A DNA stretch of 64,000 nucleotides. It comes from Acidimicrobiia bacterium (lineage in GTDB: Bacteria > Actinomycetota > Acidimicrobiia > IMCC26256 > JACPCJ01). Shown here one piece after another: positions 18,236 to 26,798 of the stretch (position 1 is the first letter of the stretch; each line of letters starts with the position of its first letter). Where the stretch lies: contig DATDOY010000106.1 of assembly GCA_035293045.1 (NCBI GenBank), positions 562 through 64,561 of the forward strand, read 5' to 3'. Made by a program: the position numbers and the translations under genes. The notes under the pieces are model-generated. The model had not been told where the DNA came from, ran no database searches, and saw only the letters and a program-made list of their open reading frames with translations.

Positions 18236-19485
18236 TGGAGCAGGGAGATCGCGTCGCGCTGGCCGTGTCGGCTGGCATCGTGTTGGTGTCAGCCGCGCTG
18301 GTCCTCGTGGAGGCGTCGCTCGTGCGCGTCAGTCGGGTGCGTGCGCTCGCGTGGGACGAGGAAGGCAGGCGGGGAGCGAAGAGCCTCGCCCGTATCGCCG
18401 AGAACCCGGAGCGGGCGGTGGCCGTCGTCTCGCTCATCCGCATGGCCGGCCGCGTCGCCGCCGCGACCATGGTCGGCATCGTCGGGTGGCGCCAAAGCGG
18501 CGGCCTCGGCGCGTCCCTCGCCGTCGCCGCGTTCATGGCGGCGGTCCTCACCGTCGGCGAGGTGCTTCCCCGACGGCTCGCGCACCGTGTCGGGGACGGC
18601 GTCGCGCTCCGCTCCGCCGGCCTGGTCGCGGGGCTGGTGCGGATCGCACCGCTGGCCGGGTTCGCCCGCGCCGTGGCCACGTCGGCCCGCGCCCCCCGCA
18701 ACGGAAACGGCGACGACCACGATGACGATCGGGACGTGCGGGACGCCGACGAGGTGGACCAAGAAGAGGCGCAGCTCATCCACTCGGTGTTCGAGTTCGG
18801 CGACGTCGTCGTCCGCGAGGTGATGGTGCCTCGACCCGATGTCGTTGCGGTCCGCGGCGACGCGACGGTCAACGAGGCCCTCGACAGCGCCATCGCGGGG
18901 GGCTTCTCGCGCCTTCCGGTGCATCGTGACACGCTCGACGATGTTGTCGGCCTCGCCTTTGTGAAAGACCTGATCCGGGCCGCACGCCAGGGGCGCGGAG
19001 ACCGCCCCGTGGCCGAAGTGCTCCGCAAGGCGGTGTTCGTGCCGGAGCAGAAGCGGGTGGCCGAACTCCTGCGAGAGATGCAAACCCGCAAGTACCACAT
19101 GGCGATCGCGGTCGACGAGTACGGCGGAACGGCCGGGCTCGTCACCTTGGAGGACGTGCTCGAGGAGATCGTCGGCGAGATCACCGACGAGTACGACATG
19201 GACGAGCCGCGTGTCGAGGAACTGCCCGACGGCGGCTTCCGCGTGCCGGGGCGCACCCCCATCGATGAACTCAATGAGCTCTTGGGGACCGAATTGCCTT
19301 CGGAGGAATGGGACACCGTCGGGGGGCTCATCTTCGATCTCGTGGGTCACGTGCCCGCCGAAGGTGAGTCGGTGTCCTTCCAGGGCATGGAGTTCACGAC
19401 CGAACGCGTGCAGGGGCGTCGAATCGTCAGTGTCACCGTCAACGGCAACGGACGCGCTCGTGCGCCGGCGAGTCAGTCGCCGTGA
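18235..19485 (+). CDS. Hemolysin/CorC family membrane protein (DUF21 + CBS pair + CorC_HlyC)
   Basis: N-terminal TM helices, a CBS region (VREVMVPRPDVVAV...), and the motif HMAIAVDEYGGTAGLVTLEDVLEEIVGEI. ATG overlaps the ybeY stop. Confidence 0.88.
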   Translation: MEQGDRVALAVSAGIVLVSAALVLVEASLVRVSRVRALAWDEEGRRGAKSLARIAENPERAVAVVSLIRMAGRVAAATMVGIVGWRQSGGLGASLAVAAFMAAVLTVGEVLPRRLAHRVGDGVALRSAGLVAGLVRIAPLAGFARAVATSARAPRNGNGDDHDDDRDVRDADEVDQEEAQLIHSVFEFGDVVVREVMVPRPDVVAVRGDATVNEALDSAIAGGFSRLPVHRDTLDDVVGLAFVKDLIRAARQGRGDRPVAEVLRKAVFVPEQKRVAELLREMQTRKYHMAIAVDEYGGTAGLVTLEDVLEEIVGEITDEYDMDEPRVEELPDGGFRVPGRTPIDELNELLGTELPSEEWDTVGGLIFDLVGHVPAEGESVSFQGMEFTTERVQGRRIVSVTVNGNGRARAPASQSP

Positions 19486-20351
19486 GGTCGGGCTTTGTCA
19501 CCCTCGTCGGCCGACCCAACGTCGGGAAGTCGACGCTCCTCAACCGGGTGTTGAACCAGAAGGTTTCGATCGTCTCCGACAAGCCGCAGACGACGCGCAA
19601 TCAGATCCGCGGCGTCCTCACCCGCGACGACACCCAGATCGTGTTCCTCGACACGCCAGGGATCCATCGGCCCCGAACCCGGCTGGGTGAGCGCCTGAAT
19701 CGGCGCGCGCTCGAAACCCTCGCCGAGGTCGACGTGATCTGCCATCTCATCGAAGCCAACGCGCCGTTCGGACGCGGCGATCAGTTCGTCAGCGAGATGA
19801 TCTTCGCCGCCGAGACGCCGAAAATCCTCGTCCTCAACAAGGTCGATCTCGCCCGTCCCGCCCAGATCGCGGGGCAGCTGGCCAACGTGCGTCAGGACTA
19901 CGACGCCTATGTCCCGCTGAGCGCTCGAAAGGGCGGGGGCGTGGATGCGCTGGTCGCCGAGATCACCGAGCGACTTCCCGACGGCCCGCAGTACTACCCC
20001 GACGGGATGGTGACCGACCAGCCCGAGGCGTTCGTCGTCGGCGAGATCGTGCGAGAGAAGCTGTTGCAGATCACGCGCGAAGAAGTGCCGCACTCCATCG
20101 CGGTCGTCGTGGACAGCATCGAGGAACGCGACGACGGCCTCCTCGCCATCCACGCCGTCGTGCTCGTCGAGCGTGACTCGCAGAAGGGCATCGTCATCGG
20201 GAAGGGCGGGGAAGTGTTGAAGCGGGTCGGGACGCGGGCGCGCGAGGAGCTCGAGGCGCTCCTGGGGACCAAGGTGTTCCTCGAGACCCAGGTGAAAGTG
20301 GAACGCGACTGGCAAAAGCGCGATCACGCGCTCGACCGCCTGGGTTTCTGA
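19482..20351 (+). CDS. era: GTPase Era
   Basis: GFVTLVGRPNVGKSTLLN, DTPG, NKVD, and a KH domain (VERDSQKGIVIGKGGEVLK). GTG overlaps the previous stop. Confidence 0.93.
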   Translation: MRSGFVTLVGRPNVGKSTLLNRVLNQKVSIVSDKPQTTRNQIRGVLTRDDTQIVFLDTPGIHRPRTRLGERLNRRALETLAEVDVICHLIEANAPFGRGDQFVSEMIFAAETPKILVLNKVDLARPAQIAGQLANVRQDYDAYVPLSARKGGGVDALVAEITERLPDGPQYYPDGMVTDQPEAFVVGEIVREKLLQITREEVPHSIAVVVDSIEERDDGLLAIHAVVLVERDSQKGIVIGKGGEVLKRVGTRAREELEALLGTKVFLETQVKVERDWQKRDHALDRLGF

Positions 20352-20352
20352 G

Positions 20353-20880
20353 ATGCGCGCTCGGCCCGGCGTTCCGGTGATGGCGTTCATCGCGCTGTTT
20401 TCGGCGTGCGCCGTCCTGTTCTCGGCGTGCGCCGGTGGCGCCGGCGACCCCTCGCCCGACGAACCGCGCGAGTCGGCCGCCTGCAAGGTCTTGACCACCG
20501 ACGAGGTCACCAGCTTCTTCGGTGAGAAGGCCCGTGCCGCCCGTCCCGACCCGGGCGAAGGCGTGGCCGACACGTGTCGGTGGGGCGACGCCAACCCCGA
20601 CGCCCCCGGGAGGATCCTGTCGGTCACCCTCGAGCCGTCGGGCGCCGTCGAGGAAGTGAAACCGGGCCCGGCGGACAACGTCTACGAGCTTCCGGCGCTC
20701 GGTGAGGGCGCGCGGGGCTTTCAGATCGCCACCGGCGGGGTCCGGGTCGTATTCACCCAGGGGACCCAGCGGGTCGACATCGGCTACGACGTCGTGCCCC
20801 GTGAGGCCCAGGAACCCGACGCCATCGACCGGCTCATCCGCCTCGCCGGCCGGGTGCTCGGGCGGGTCGGCGGATCCTGA
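20353..20880 (+). CDS. Putative secreted lipoprotein, function unknown
   Basis: Signal sequence with a duplicated lipobox (ALFSAC-AVLFSAC-AGG). Good GC3 bias. It starts 2 nt after the era stop. Confidence 0.65.
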   Translation: MRARPGVPVMAFIALFSACAVLFSACAGGAGDPSPDEPRESAACKVLTTDEVTSFFGEKARAARPDPGEGVADTCRWGDANPDAPGRILSVTLEPSGAVEEVKPGPADNVYELPALGEGARGFQIATGGVRVVFTQGTQRVDIGYDVVPREAQEPDAIDRLIRLAGRVLGRVGGS

Positions 20881-21001
20881 CCAGCACCGCCGCGGCCCCC
20901 ACCCGAGGGGGGTTTGCCAGTAGGCACGAGCGCTTCGGTAGAGTGCGCTCGTTCGCGATTTCACGAAGTCCTTTGTTCACGTCCCACGGGAGTCCTGCCA
21001 G

Positions 21002-22069
21002 GTGAACAACGTTCCCAGCCGGCGCCATACGGTGCTGACGACCGGGCGGCTGGCGTTGATCACGTTGAGCTTGCTCGTGCTCTCGGCGTGCGCAGATTCG
21101 CCCCAGGACACCCTCAAGCCCGCGGGCGAGTGGGCCCGCAAGCTCGACAGCCTGTGGGACGCGGCCTTCATCTCCGCCGTGGTCGTGTTCGTGATCGTCG
21201 AGGGCCTCCTCGTCCTCGTCCTCGTGCGTTTCCGGGCGCGTGGCGATGACGACGCTCCCCGACAGGTTCACGGGTCGACGCCCCTCGAGATCGGGTGGAC
21301 GATCCTCCCGGCCTTGATCCTCACGGTCCTCTCCGTTCCCACGGTGGCCGCCATCTGGGAGCTTGCCGACGAGCCCGAGAACGCCCTCCAGATCGAGGTC
21401 ACCGGCCACCAGTGGTGGTGGGAGTACGACTATCCCGACCTCGAGGTCGAGACCGCGAACGAGCTCCACATCCCGGCCGGAACCCAGGTCAACGTCAAGC
21501 TGCACAGCTTCGACGTCATCCACTCGTTCTGGGCGCCCCAGCTCTTCGGGAAGGTCGACGTCGTGCCGGGGCGCGAGAACCGGCTGGCCATGAAGGCCGA
21601 CGAGCCCGGCGTCTACCTCGGCCAGTGCGCCGAGTTCTGCGGACTCAGCCACGCCAACATGCGCCTCCGGGTGATCGTGCACACCAAGGCCGGCTTCGAG
21701 CAGTGGCTCGACGACCAGCGCCAGGACGCCGCCAAGCCGGCTTCCGGGGACGCGGCGGGCGGCTACGCCCTGTTCGCGGAGAAGGGCTGCGGCGGATGCC
21801 ACACGCTCGCGGGCAACGAGGGGTCGGCCGGCGCCAACGTCGGGCCCAACCTCACGCACCTCGCGTCGCGCTCGACCTTCGCCGGCGGCATCTTCGACTT
21901 GACGGCCGACAACCTTGCGCGCTGGCTCGAGAACCCCTCGAAGATGAAGCCGATGCAACCCGGCGACAACATCGGTATGCCGCGGGCGTTCCCGCCGGGA
22001 CCCGACGCCAAGCCGCTGACCGAGGATGAGATCGCACAGCTCGTCGCCTACCTCGAGACCCTGGAGTAG
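21002..22069 (+). CDS. ctaC: Cytochrome c oxidase subunit II with fused C-terminal cytochrome c domain (caa3 type)
   Basis: Lipobox LLVLSAC. CuA region HSFWAPQLFGKVDVVPGR and CAEFCGLSHANM. A C-terminal heme-c site CGGCH is followed by a ...M(K)P M... region. Confidence 0.92.
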   Translation: MNNVPSRRHTVLTTGRLALITLSLLVLSACADSPQDTLKPAGEWARKLDSLWDAAFISAVVVFVIVEGLLVLVLVRFRARGDDDAPRQVHGSTPLEIGWTILPALILTVLSVPTVAAIWELADEPENALQIEVTGHQWWWEYDYPDLEVETANELHIPAGTQVNVKLHSFDVIHSFWAPQLFGKVDVVPGRENRLAMKADEPGVYLGQCAEFCGLSHANMRLRVIVHTKAGFEQWLDDQRQDAAKPASGDAAGGYALFAEKGCGGCHTLAGNEGSAGANVGPNLTHLASRSTFAGGIFDLTADNLARWLENPSKMKPMQPGDNIGMPRAFPPGPDAKPLTEDEIAQLVAYLETLE

Positions 22070-22076
22070 GGCACCG

Positions 22077-23999
22077 ATGGCCACACACACCGTTCCTGTC
22101 ACGGCACGCGCCAGCCTGCTCCGCCGTCCCCGAGCCACATCGGGGCTCGCGAGCTGGTTCACCACGATCGACCACAAGAAGATCGGCCTGCTCTACGGCA
22201 TGACGGCGTTGCTGTTCTTCGTCCTCGGCGGCGTCGAGGCGCTGCTCATCCGGCTCCAGTTGGCAGGCCCCGACGGGACGATCCTCTCGGCCGCCGAATA
22301 CAACACGCTGTTCACGATGCACGGCACCACGATGGTGTTCCTCGTGGTGATGCCGACGGCCGCCGCGGTGGGCAACTACTTCGTGCCGCTCCAGATCGGC
22401 GCCCGGGACGTGGCGTTCCCGCGCCTCAACGCGTACGGCTACTGGACCTTCCTCATGGGAGGCCTGTTCCTCTACACGAGCTTCTTTCTCGGCGGCGCGC
22501 CCGACGGCGGGTGGTTCGGCTACGCCAACCTGACGAGCGACTTCAGCTTCGGCACCGGGATCGATTTTTGGATCATCGGGTTGATCATCACCGGCATCGG
22601 GTCGCTGACCGCCTCGATCAACTTCATCGTCACCATCCTGAACATGCGGGCCCCCGGGATGACCCTCATGCGCATGCCGGTGTTCACGTGGATGATCCTC
22701 GTCATCTCGTTCCTGCTGGTCAGCGCGGTGCCCGTCATCACCATCGCCCTGATCCTCTTGTTCTTCGACCGCAACTTCGCCACCAACTTCTTCAACGTGC
22801 AAAAGGGCGGCGACCCGCTTCTCTGGCAGCACCTGTTCTGGCTCTTCGGCCACCCGGAGGTGTACATCCTCATCCTGCCACCGATGGGCATCGTCTCCGA
22901 AGTGCTCCCGGTGTTCGCGCGCAAGCCGCTGTTCGGGTACTCCTTCGTCGTGTTCTCCGGAGTCGCCATCGGCTTCATGGGCTGGGGCGTGTGGGCGCAC
23001 CACATGTTCTCGGTCGGCCTCGGGCCGGCCGCGGTGACCGGGTTCACCCTGTCCACGATGTTCATCGCGGTGCCGACGGGGGTGAAGATCTTCAACTGGC
23101 TCGGGACGTTGTGGGGCGGATCGATCCGGTTCCGAACACCGATGCTCTTCGCCATCGGGTTCGTCTCGATGTTCATCATCGGCGGGCTCTCGGGCGTGAC
23201 CCACGGTGTGAGCCCCGCCGACCGCCAGCAGACCGACACCTATTACGTGGTCGCCCACTTCCACTACGTGCTCTTCGGCGGCGCCATGTTCGGGATCTTC
23301 TCGGGCGTCTACTACTGGTTCCCGAAGATGGTGGGCAAGATGCTCGGGGAGAGTCTCGGCAAGGTCCACTTCTGGCTGATGTTCATCGGGTTCAACCTCA
23401 CGTTCGGCCCGATGCACGTCCTCGGACTCCAGGGACAACCGCGCCGCACTTACACCTATCCCGACGGCATGGGCTGGGACTTCTGGAACCTCGTTTCGAC
23501 GGTCGGGTCGTTCACCATCGCGTTGTCGATCCTCGTGTTCATCATCAACGTCGCTCGCAGCATCCGTTCCGGTGAGGTCGCCGGCGACGACCCGTGGGAC
23601 GCCCGCACGCTGGAGTGGTCCGTGTCCTCGCCGCCGCCGGAGCACAACTTCGACAGCGTCCCCAGGGTCGAGGCACGCGACGACTGGTGGCACGCCAAGT
23701 ACACCGAGGACGACGAGGGTCGGCCGGTGCGCCGCGAGATGGCGCCTCGACCCGCGCCCGACGCGCACATCCACATGCCGTCGCCGTCGTACTGGCCGTT
23801 GTTCTCGGCGGTCGGCCTGCCGCTCATGGGCTACGGGTTCATCTTCCACTGGGGATGGCTCGTGGCGGGGGGACTCTTCGTGGCGTGGGGCATCTTCGCC
23901 TGGGCGATGGAGCCCGACACCGAGCCGGAACCGGCCGAGGATCACGACGAACCCGAGCCGCCGGCTGACCGCGAGCTCGTCACGGAAGGGGCGCACTGA
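22077..23999 (+). CDS. ctaD: Cytochrome c oxidase subunit I (long form with two extra C-terminal helices)
   Basis: WFTTIDHKKIGLLY, GHPEVYILILP, HHMF and the YYVVAHFHYVL heme/CuB ligand motifs. The C-terminal extension IHMPSPSYWPLFSAVGLPLMGYGF... resembles the first two helices of subunit III. I trimmed the start to ATG 22077. Confidence 0.93.
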   Translation: MATHTVPVTARASLLRRPRATSGLASWFTTIDHKKIGLLYGMTALLFFVLGGVEALLIRLQLAGPDGTILSAAEYNTLFTMHGTTMVFLVVMPTAAAVGNYFVPLQIGARDVAFPRLNAYGYWTFLMGGLFLYTSFFLGGAPDGGWFGYANLTSDFSFGTGIDFWIIGLIITGIGSLTASINFIVTILNMRAPGMTLMRMPVFTWMILVISFLLVSAVPVITIALILLFFDRNFATNFFNVQKGGDPLLWQHLFWLFGHPEVYILILPPMGIVSEVLPVFARKPLFGYSFVVFSGVAIGFMGWGVWAHHMFSVGLGPAAVTGFTLSTMFIAVPTGVKIFNWLGTLWGGSIRFRTPMLFAIGFVSMFIIGGLSGVTHGVSPADRQQTDTYYVVAHFHYVLFGGAMFGIFSGVYYWFPKMVGKMLGESLGKVHFWLMFIGFNLTFGPMHVLGLQGQPRRTYTYPDGMGWDFWNLVSTVGSFTIALSILVFIINVARSIRSGEVAGDDPWDARTLEWSVSSPPPEHNFDSVPRVEARDDWWHAKYTEDDEGRPVRREMAPRPAPDAHIHMPSPSYWPLFSAVGLPLMGYGFIFHWGWLVAGGLFVAWGIFAWAMEPDTEPEPAEDHDEPEPPADRELVTEGAH

Positions 24000-24604
24000 T
24001 GGCGGCCCACGCAGTCGACACGCACGCATCGCCCGGCGAGCACCACACGTCGACCGGCATCAGCAACACGAAGCTCGGGATGTGGGTGTTCCTCGGTTCG
24101 GAATGCCTCTTCTTCGGCGCCCTCATCTCGACGTACCTGCTGTACCGCGGCCGGGGCGACGGTCCGTACCTCGCCGACGTCTACGACATCCCGTTCACGT
24201 CGGTCAGCTCGTTCGTCCTGCTGATGAGCTCGCTGGCCATGGTCCTCGCGGTGGCCGCCGTCTACCGCGGTGACGAACGCCGCATGCGCATCTGGTTGGT
24301 CTGCACGGCGCTGCTCGGCATGGTGTTCATCGGGGGCCAGATCTTCGAGTTCACCGAGTTCGTCCGCGAGGGCCTCAAGCTCGACACCAACCTTTCTGGC
24401 ACCACGTTCTTCGTGCTGACCGGCTTCCACGGTGTCCACGTCACCGTCGGCATCCTGTGGCTGCTGTCGCTGACGGGGTATTCGCTCCGCCGCGGCATCG
24501 GCCCCGAGAAGGCCGTCGCCGTCGACATCGCCGGGCTCTACTGGCACTTCGTCGACGTCGTCTGGATCGTGATCTTCACCGTCATCTACCTCGTTCCCCA
24601 ATAG
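23999..24604 (+). CDS. ctaE: Cytochrome c oxidase subunit III (5-helix short form)
   Basis: LGMWVFLGSECLFFGALI and FFVLTGFHGVHVTVGILWL. ATG overlaps the ctaD stop. Confidence 0.9.
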   Translation: MAAHAVDTHASPGEHHTSTGISNTKLGMWVFLGSECLFFGALISTYLLYRGRGDGPYLADVYDIPFTSVSSFVLLMSSLAMVLAVAAVYRGDERRMRIWLVCTALLGMVFIGGQIFEFTEFVREGLKLDTNLSGTTFFVLTGFHGVHVTVGILWLLSLTGYSLRRGIGPEKAVAVDIAGLYWHFVDVVWIVIFTVIYLVPQ

Positions 24605-24618
24605 GAGTACGACCGCCG

Positions 24619-24987
24619 ATGACCGACCAAGCCGTCACCGAAACCGCGGACCCGGCGCACGCCGAGGCGACCGACGCCCCTCACGCCGCCGCCGGCGAGG
24701 CGCATCACCCACGGCCGTCGGCCTACGTGGGCATCGCCATCATCCTCGCGATCGTCACCGCGCTCGAGGTAGGGCTCTACTACGTCGACGATCTCGACGA
24801 CTGGGTCGTGACGACGACGTTGATCGTGATGATGGCGGTCAAGTTCTTCCTCGTCGCCACCTGGTTCATGCACCTTCGCTTCGAGGCGCCCGTGTTCCGC
24901 ACGCTCTTCTACGGTGGGCTCACGCTCGCAATGGCGGCCTACGCGGTGTTCCTCGGCGCCTCCGGCGTGTTTCCATTCATCGACTGA
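24619..24987 (+). CDS. ctaF: Cytochrome c oxidase subunit IV (Bacillus CtaF/QoxD-like family)
   Basis: Small 3-helix protein with VKFFLVATWFMHL. AGGAG SD at 24603-24607. It occupies the position after ctaE. Confidence 0.75.
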   Translation: MTDQAVTETADPAHAEATDAPHAAAGEAHHPRPSAYVGIAIILAIVTALEVGLYYVDDLDDWVVTTTLIVMMAVKFFLVATWFMHLRFEAPVFRTLFYGGLTLAMAAYAVFLGASGVFPFID

Positions 24988-24995
24988 GGCCCGCC

Positions 24996-25841
24996 ATGAC
25001 GGATCCCTGGTCGTTCAATCTGGATCCGGGAGTCATGGTCCTCCTCGCGCTGTTGGTCGGCGCGTACGCGTCCGCTCTGCGCTGGGTCGCGCCGGGGTGG
25101 GCTCCGCGACCTGGTTCGGCCGTCTCGCGCACGCAGATCTCGTTGTTCGCCCTCGGCGTGGCTTCGCTCCTCGTGGCGGTCGGATGGCCCCTGCACCAGA
25201 TGGGTGAGCGTTTCCTGTTCAGCGCTCACATGACCCAGCACCTGATCATCGGCTACATCACCGCACCGCTCCTGCTCCTCGGCACGCCAGGCTGGATGCT
25301 CCGGGCGCTGCTCGGGGGTGGCGTCCTCCGCCGCATTGCGAAGATCGTCACGCGCCCCCTCGTGGCCTTCGCCCTGTTCAACCTCCTGCTGGTAGTGACC
25401 CACTGGCCCGCCGTTGTCGACCTTTCGCTGCGGTCGGCCCCGTTCCACGCCGGCGTGCACGGCGCCCTGTTGGTGATTTCGCTCGCAGTGTGGATGCCGG
25501 TCGTGAGTCCGCTGCCCGAGATCCCCCGTCTCGCTCCTCCGGCAAACTTGCTCTACCTGTTCGGACAGTCGATCCTGCCCACGGTTCCAGCCTCGTTCCT
25601 CACGTTCGGCGAGGGCGTGCTGTACGACTTCTACGCCAAGGTCCCGCGCCTGTGGGACATCTCGGCGCTCGGCGACCAGCAGATGGCGGGAGTGATCATG
25701 AAGGTGGGCGGCGGCTTCCTGTTGTGGGGAATGATCGCCGTGTTGTTCTTCGTATGGCAGGCCGACGAGGAACGCCGGAGTCGCCCCGGCCTCCTCGATT
25801 TCGACGAACTGGAACTGGAACTGGAGCTGAGCCCGTCATGA
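24996..25841 (+). CDS. ctaG: Cytochrome c oxidase assembly factor CtaG (Bacillus caa3_CtaG family)
   Basis: Polytopic membrane protein with HMTQHLIIGYITAPLLLLG and MAGVIMKVGGG motifs, as in caa3 CtaG. It follows ctaF. Confidence 0.8.
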   Translation: MTDPWSFNLDPGVMVLLALLVGAYASALRWVAPGWAPRPGSAVSRTQISLFALGVASLLVAVGWPLHQMGERFLFSAHMTQHLIIGYITAPLLLLGTPGWMLRALLGGGVLRRIAKIVTRPLVAFALFNLLLVVTHWPAVVDLSLRSAPFHAGVHGALLVISLAVWMPVVSPLPEIPRLAPPANLLYLFGQSILPTVPASFLTFGEGVLYDFYAKVPRLWDISALGDQQMAGVIMKVGGGFLLWGMIAVLFFVWQADEERRSRPGLLDFDELELELELSPS

Positions 25842-26731
25842 ACTACCTGCGCGAACGTGTGCTCGAGCCGATCATCATCCCGCTGGTCAGCGTGGCCCTG
25901 ATCGCCTTCGGGGCGCTCAACCTCTCACGGCTGTTCCTGGCGTCGGCGAGCGCCGACCGGGCGGTCATCGTCGCCACCGCGATCTCGGCCGCCATCCTCG
26001 CCGGTGCGGCGTGGGCGACGAGCCGCGACCACATCGACCGCGGCGTGCTCCTCGGTGGGGCGGCCCTCGTGGGACTCGTGCTGTCGGGTGCGGGGCTCCT
26101 CGCCGCCCAGGTCGACCGCGATCACACGAGCGGCGGGCACGGCCCCACCGACGTCGTGAGCCACCTGACGTTCACGGCGACGAACTTCGCGTTCGACCCC
26201 GCGGAGCAGACCGTGGCCGGCCCGGGCATCGAGATCGGCCTCGCGCTCGCGGAGGGGTCGCACACCCTGGTCATCGAAGGACACCCGGAAGCCAAGCTCG
26301 CCGTCGACGGCGAGAAGAAAGTCGTCTCGCTCGATCCGGGCGACTACTTGTTCTTCTGCGACATCCCCGGTCACCAAGCGCAGGGCATGGAGGGCACGCT
26401 GACCGTCACCGAAGGCGGCGGCGAGGGTGACCACGAGGCCGGCGGCGCGGCCGGTGGATCCGCCGTGACGGTCGAAGCGGTGAAGGGCTTCGCCTTCTCG
26501 TCCGACGCGTACGAGGCTCCGGCCGGCGAGGTCGCGCTCGAGTACGACAACACCGACACCCTGCCGCACACCCTCGTGGTCGAGGGACACGAGGACGAGA
26601 TGCGCATCGAGGCGGCGGGCGGCGAGAAGGGCACCGGGAGCCTGAAGCTCGACCCTGGGGCGTACGTGCTCTACTGCGACATCCCGGGCCATCGTGGCCA
26701 GGGGATGGAAGCCGCCTTCACAGTCTCCTAG
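25838..26731 (+). CDS. Membrane-anchored protein with two tandem cupredoxin (type-1 blue copper) domains
   Basis: ATG 25838 overlaps the ctaG stop (ATGA). Three N-terminal hydrophobic helices are followed by two repeats, each with His...Cys-x2-Pro-Gly-His-x3-Gly-Met: SHTLVIEGH...FFCDIPGHQAQGM and LPHTLVVEGH...LYCDIPGHRGQGM. Confidence 0.8.
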   Translation: MNYLRERVLEPIIIPLVSVALIAFGALNLSRLFLASASADRAVIVATAISAAILAGAAWATSRDHIDRGVLLGGAALVGLVLSGAGLLAAQVDRDHTSGGHGPTDVVSHLTFTATNFAFDPAEQTVAGPGIEIGLALAEGSHTLVIEGHPEAKLAVDGEKKVVSLDPGDYLFFCDIPGHQAQGMEGTLTVTEGGGEGDHEAGGAAGGSAVTVEAVKGFAFSSDAYEAPAGEVALEYDNTDTLPHTLVVEGHEDEMRIEAAGGEKGTGSLKLDPGAYVLYCDIPGHRGQGMEAAFTVS

Positions 26732-26798
26732 CTCGTCGCGACGCGGCTTGGGGTCGCGCCGCGCTCAGGTGCGGGACGCTGGTCGGATTCCCTGGCGA

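Noticed and set aside
20834-24029. Long minus-strand ORFs 20834..22177 (447 aa) and 21852..24029 (725 aa)
   Set aside because: They are antisense to ctaC and ctaD. Their translations are Arg/Asp/Glu/His-rich and show no membrane or enzyme motifs.
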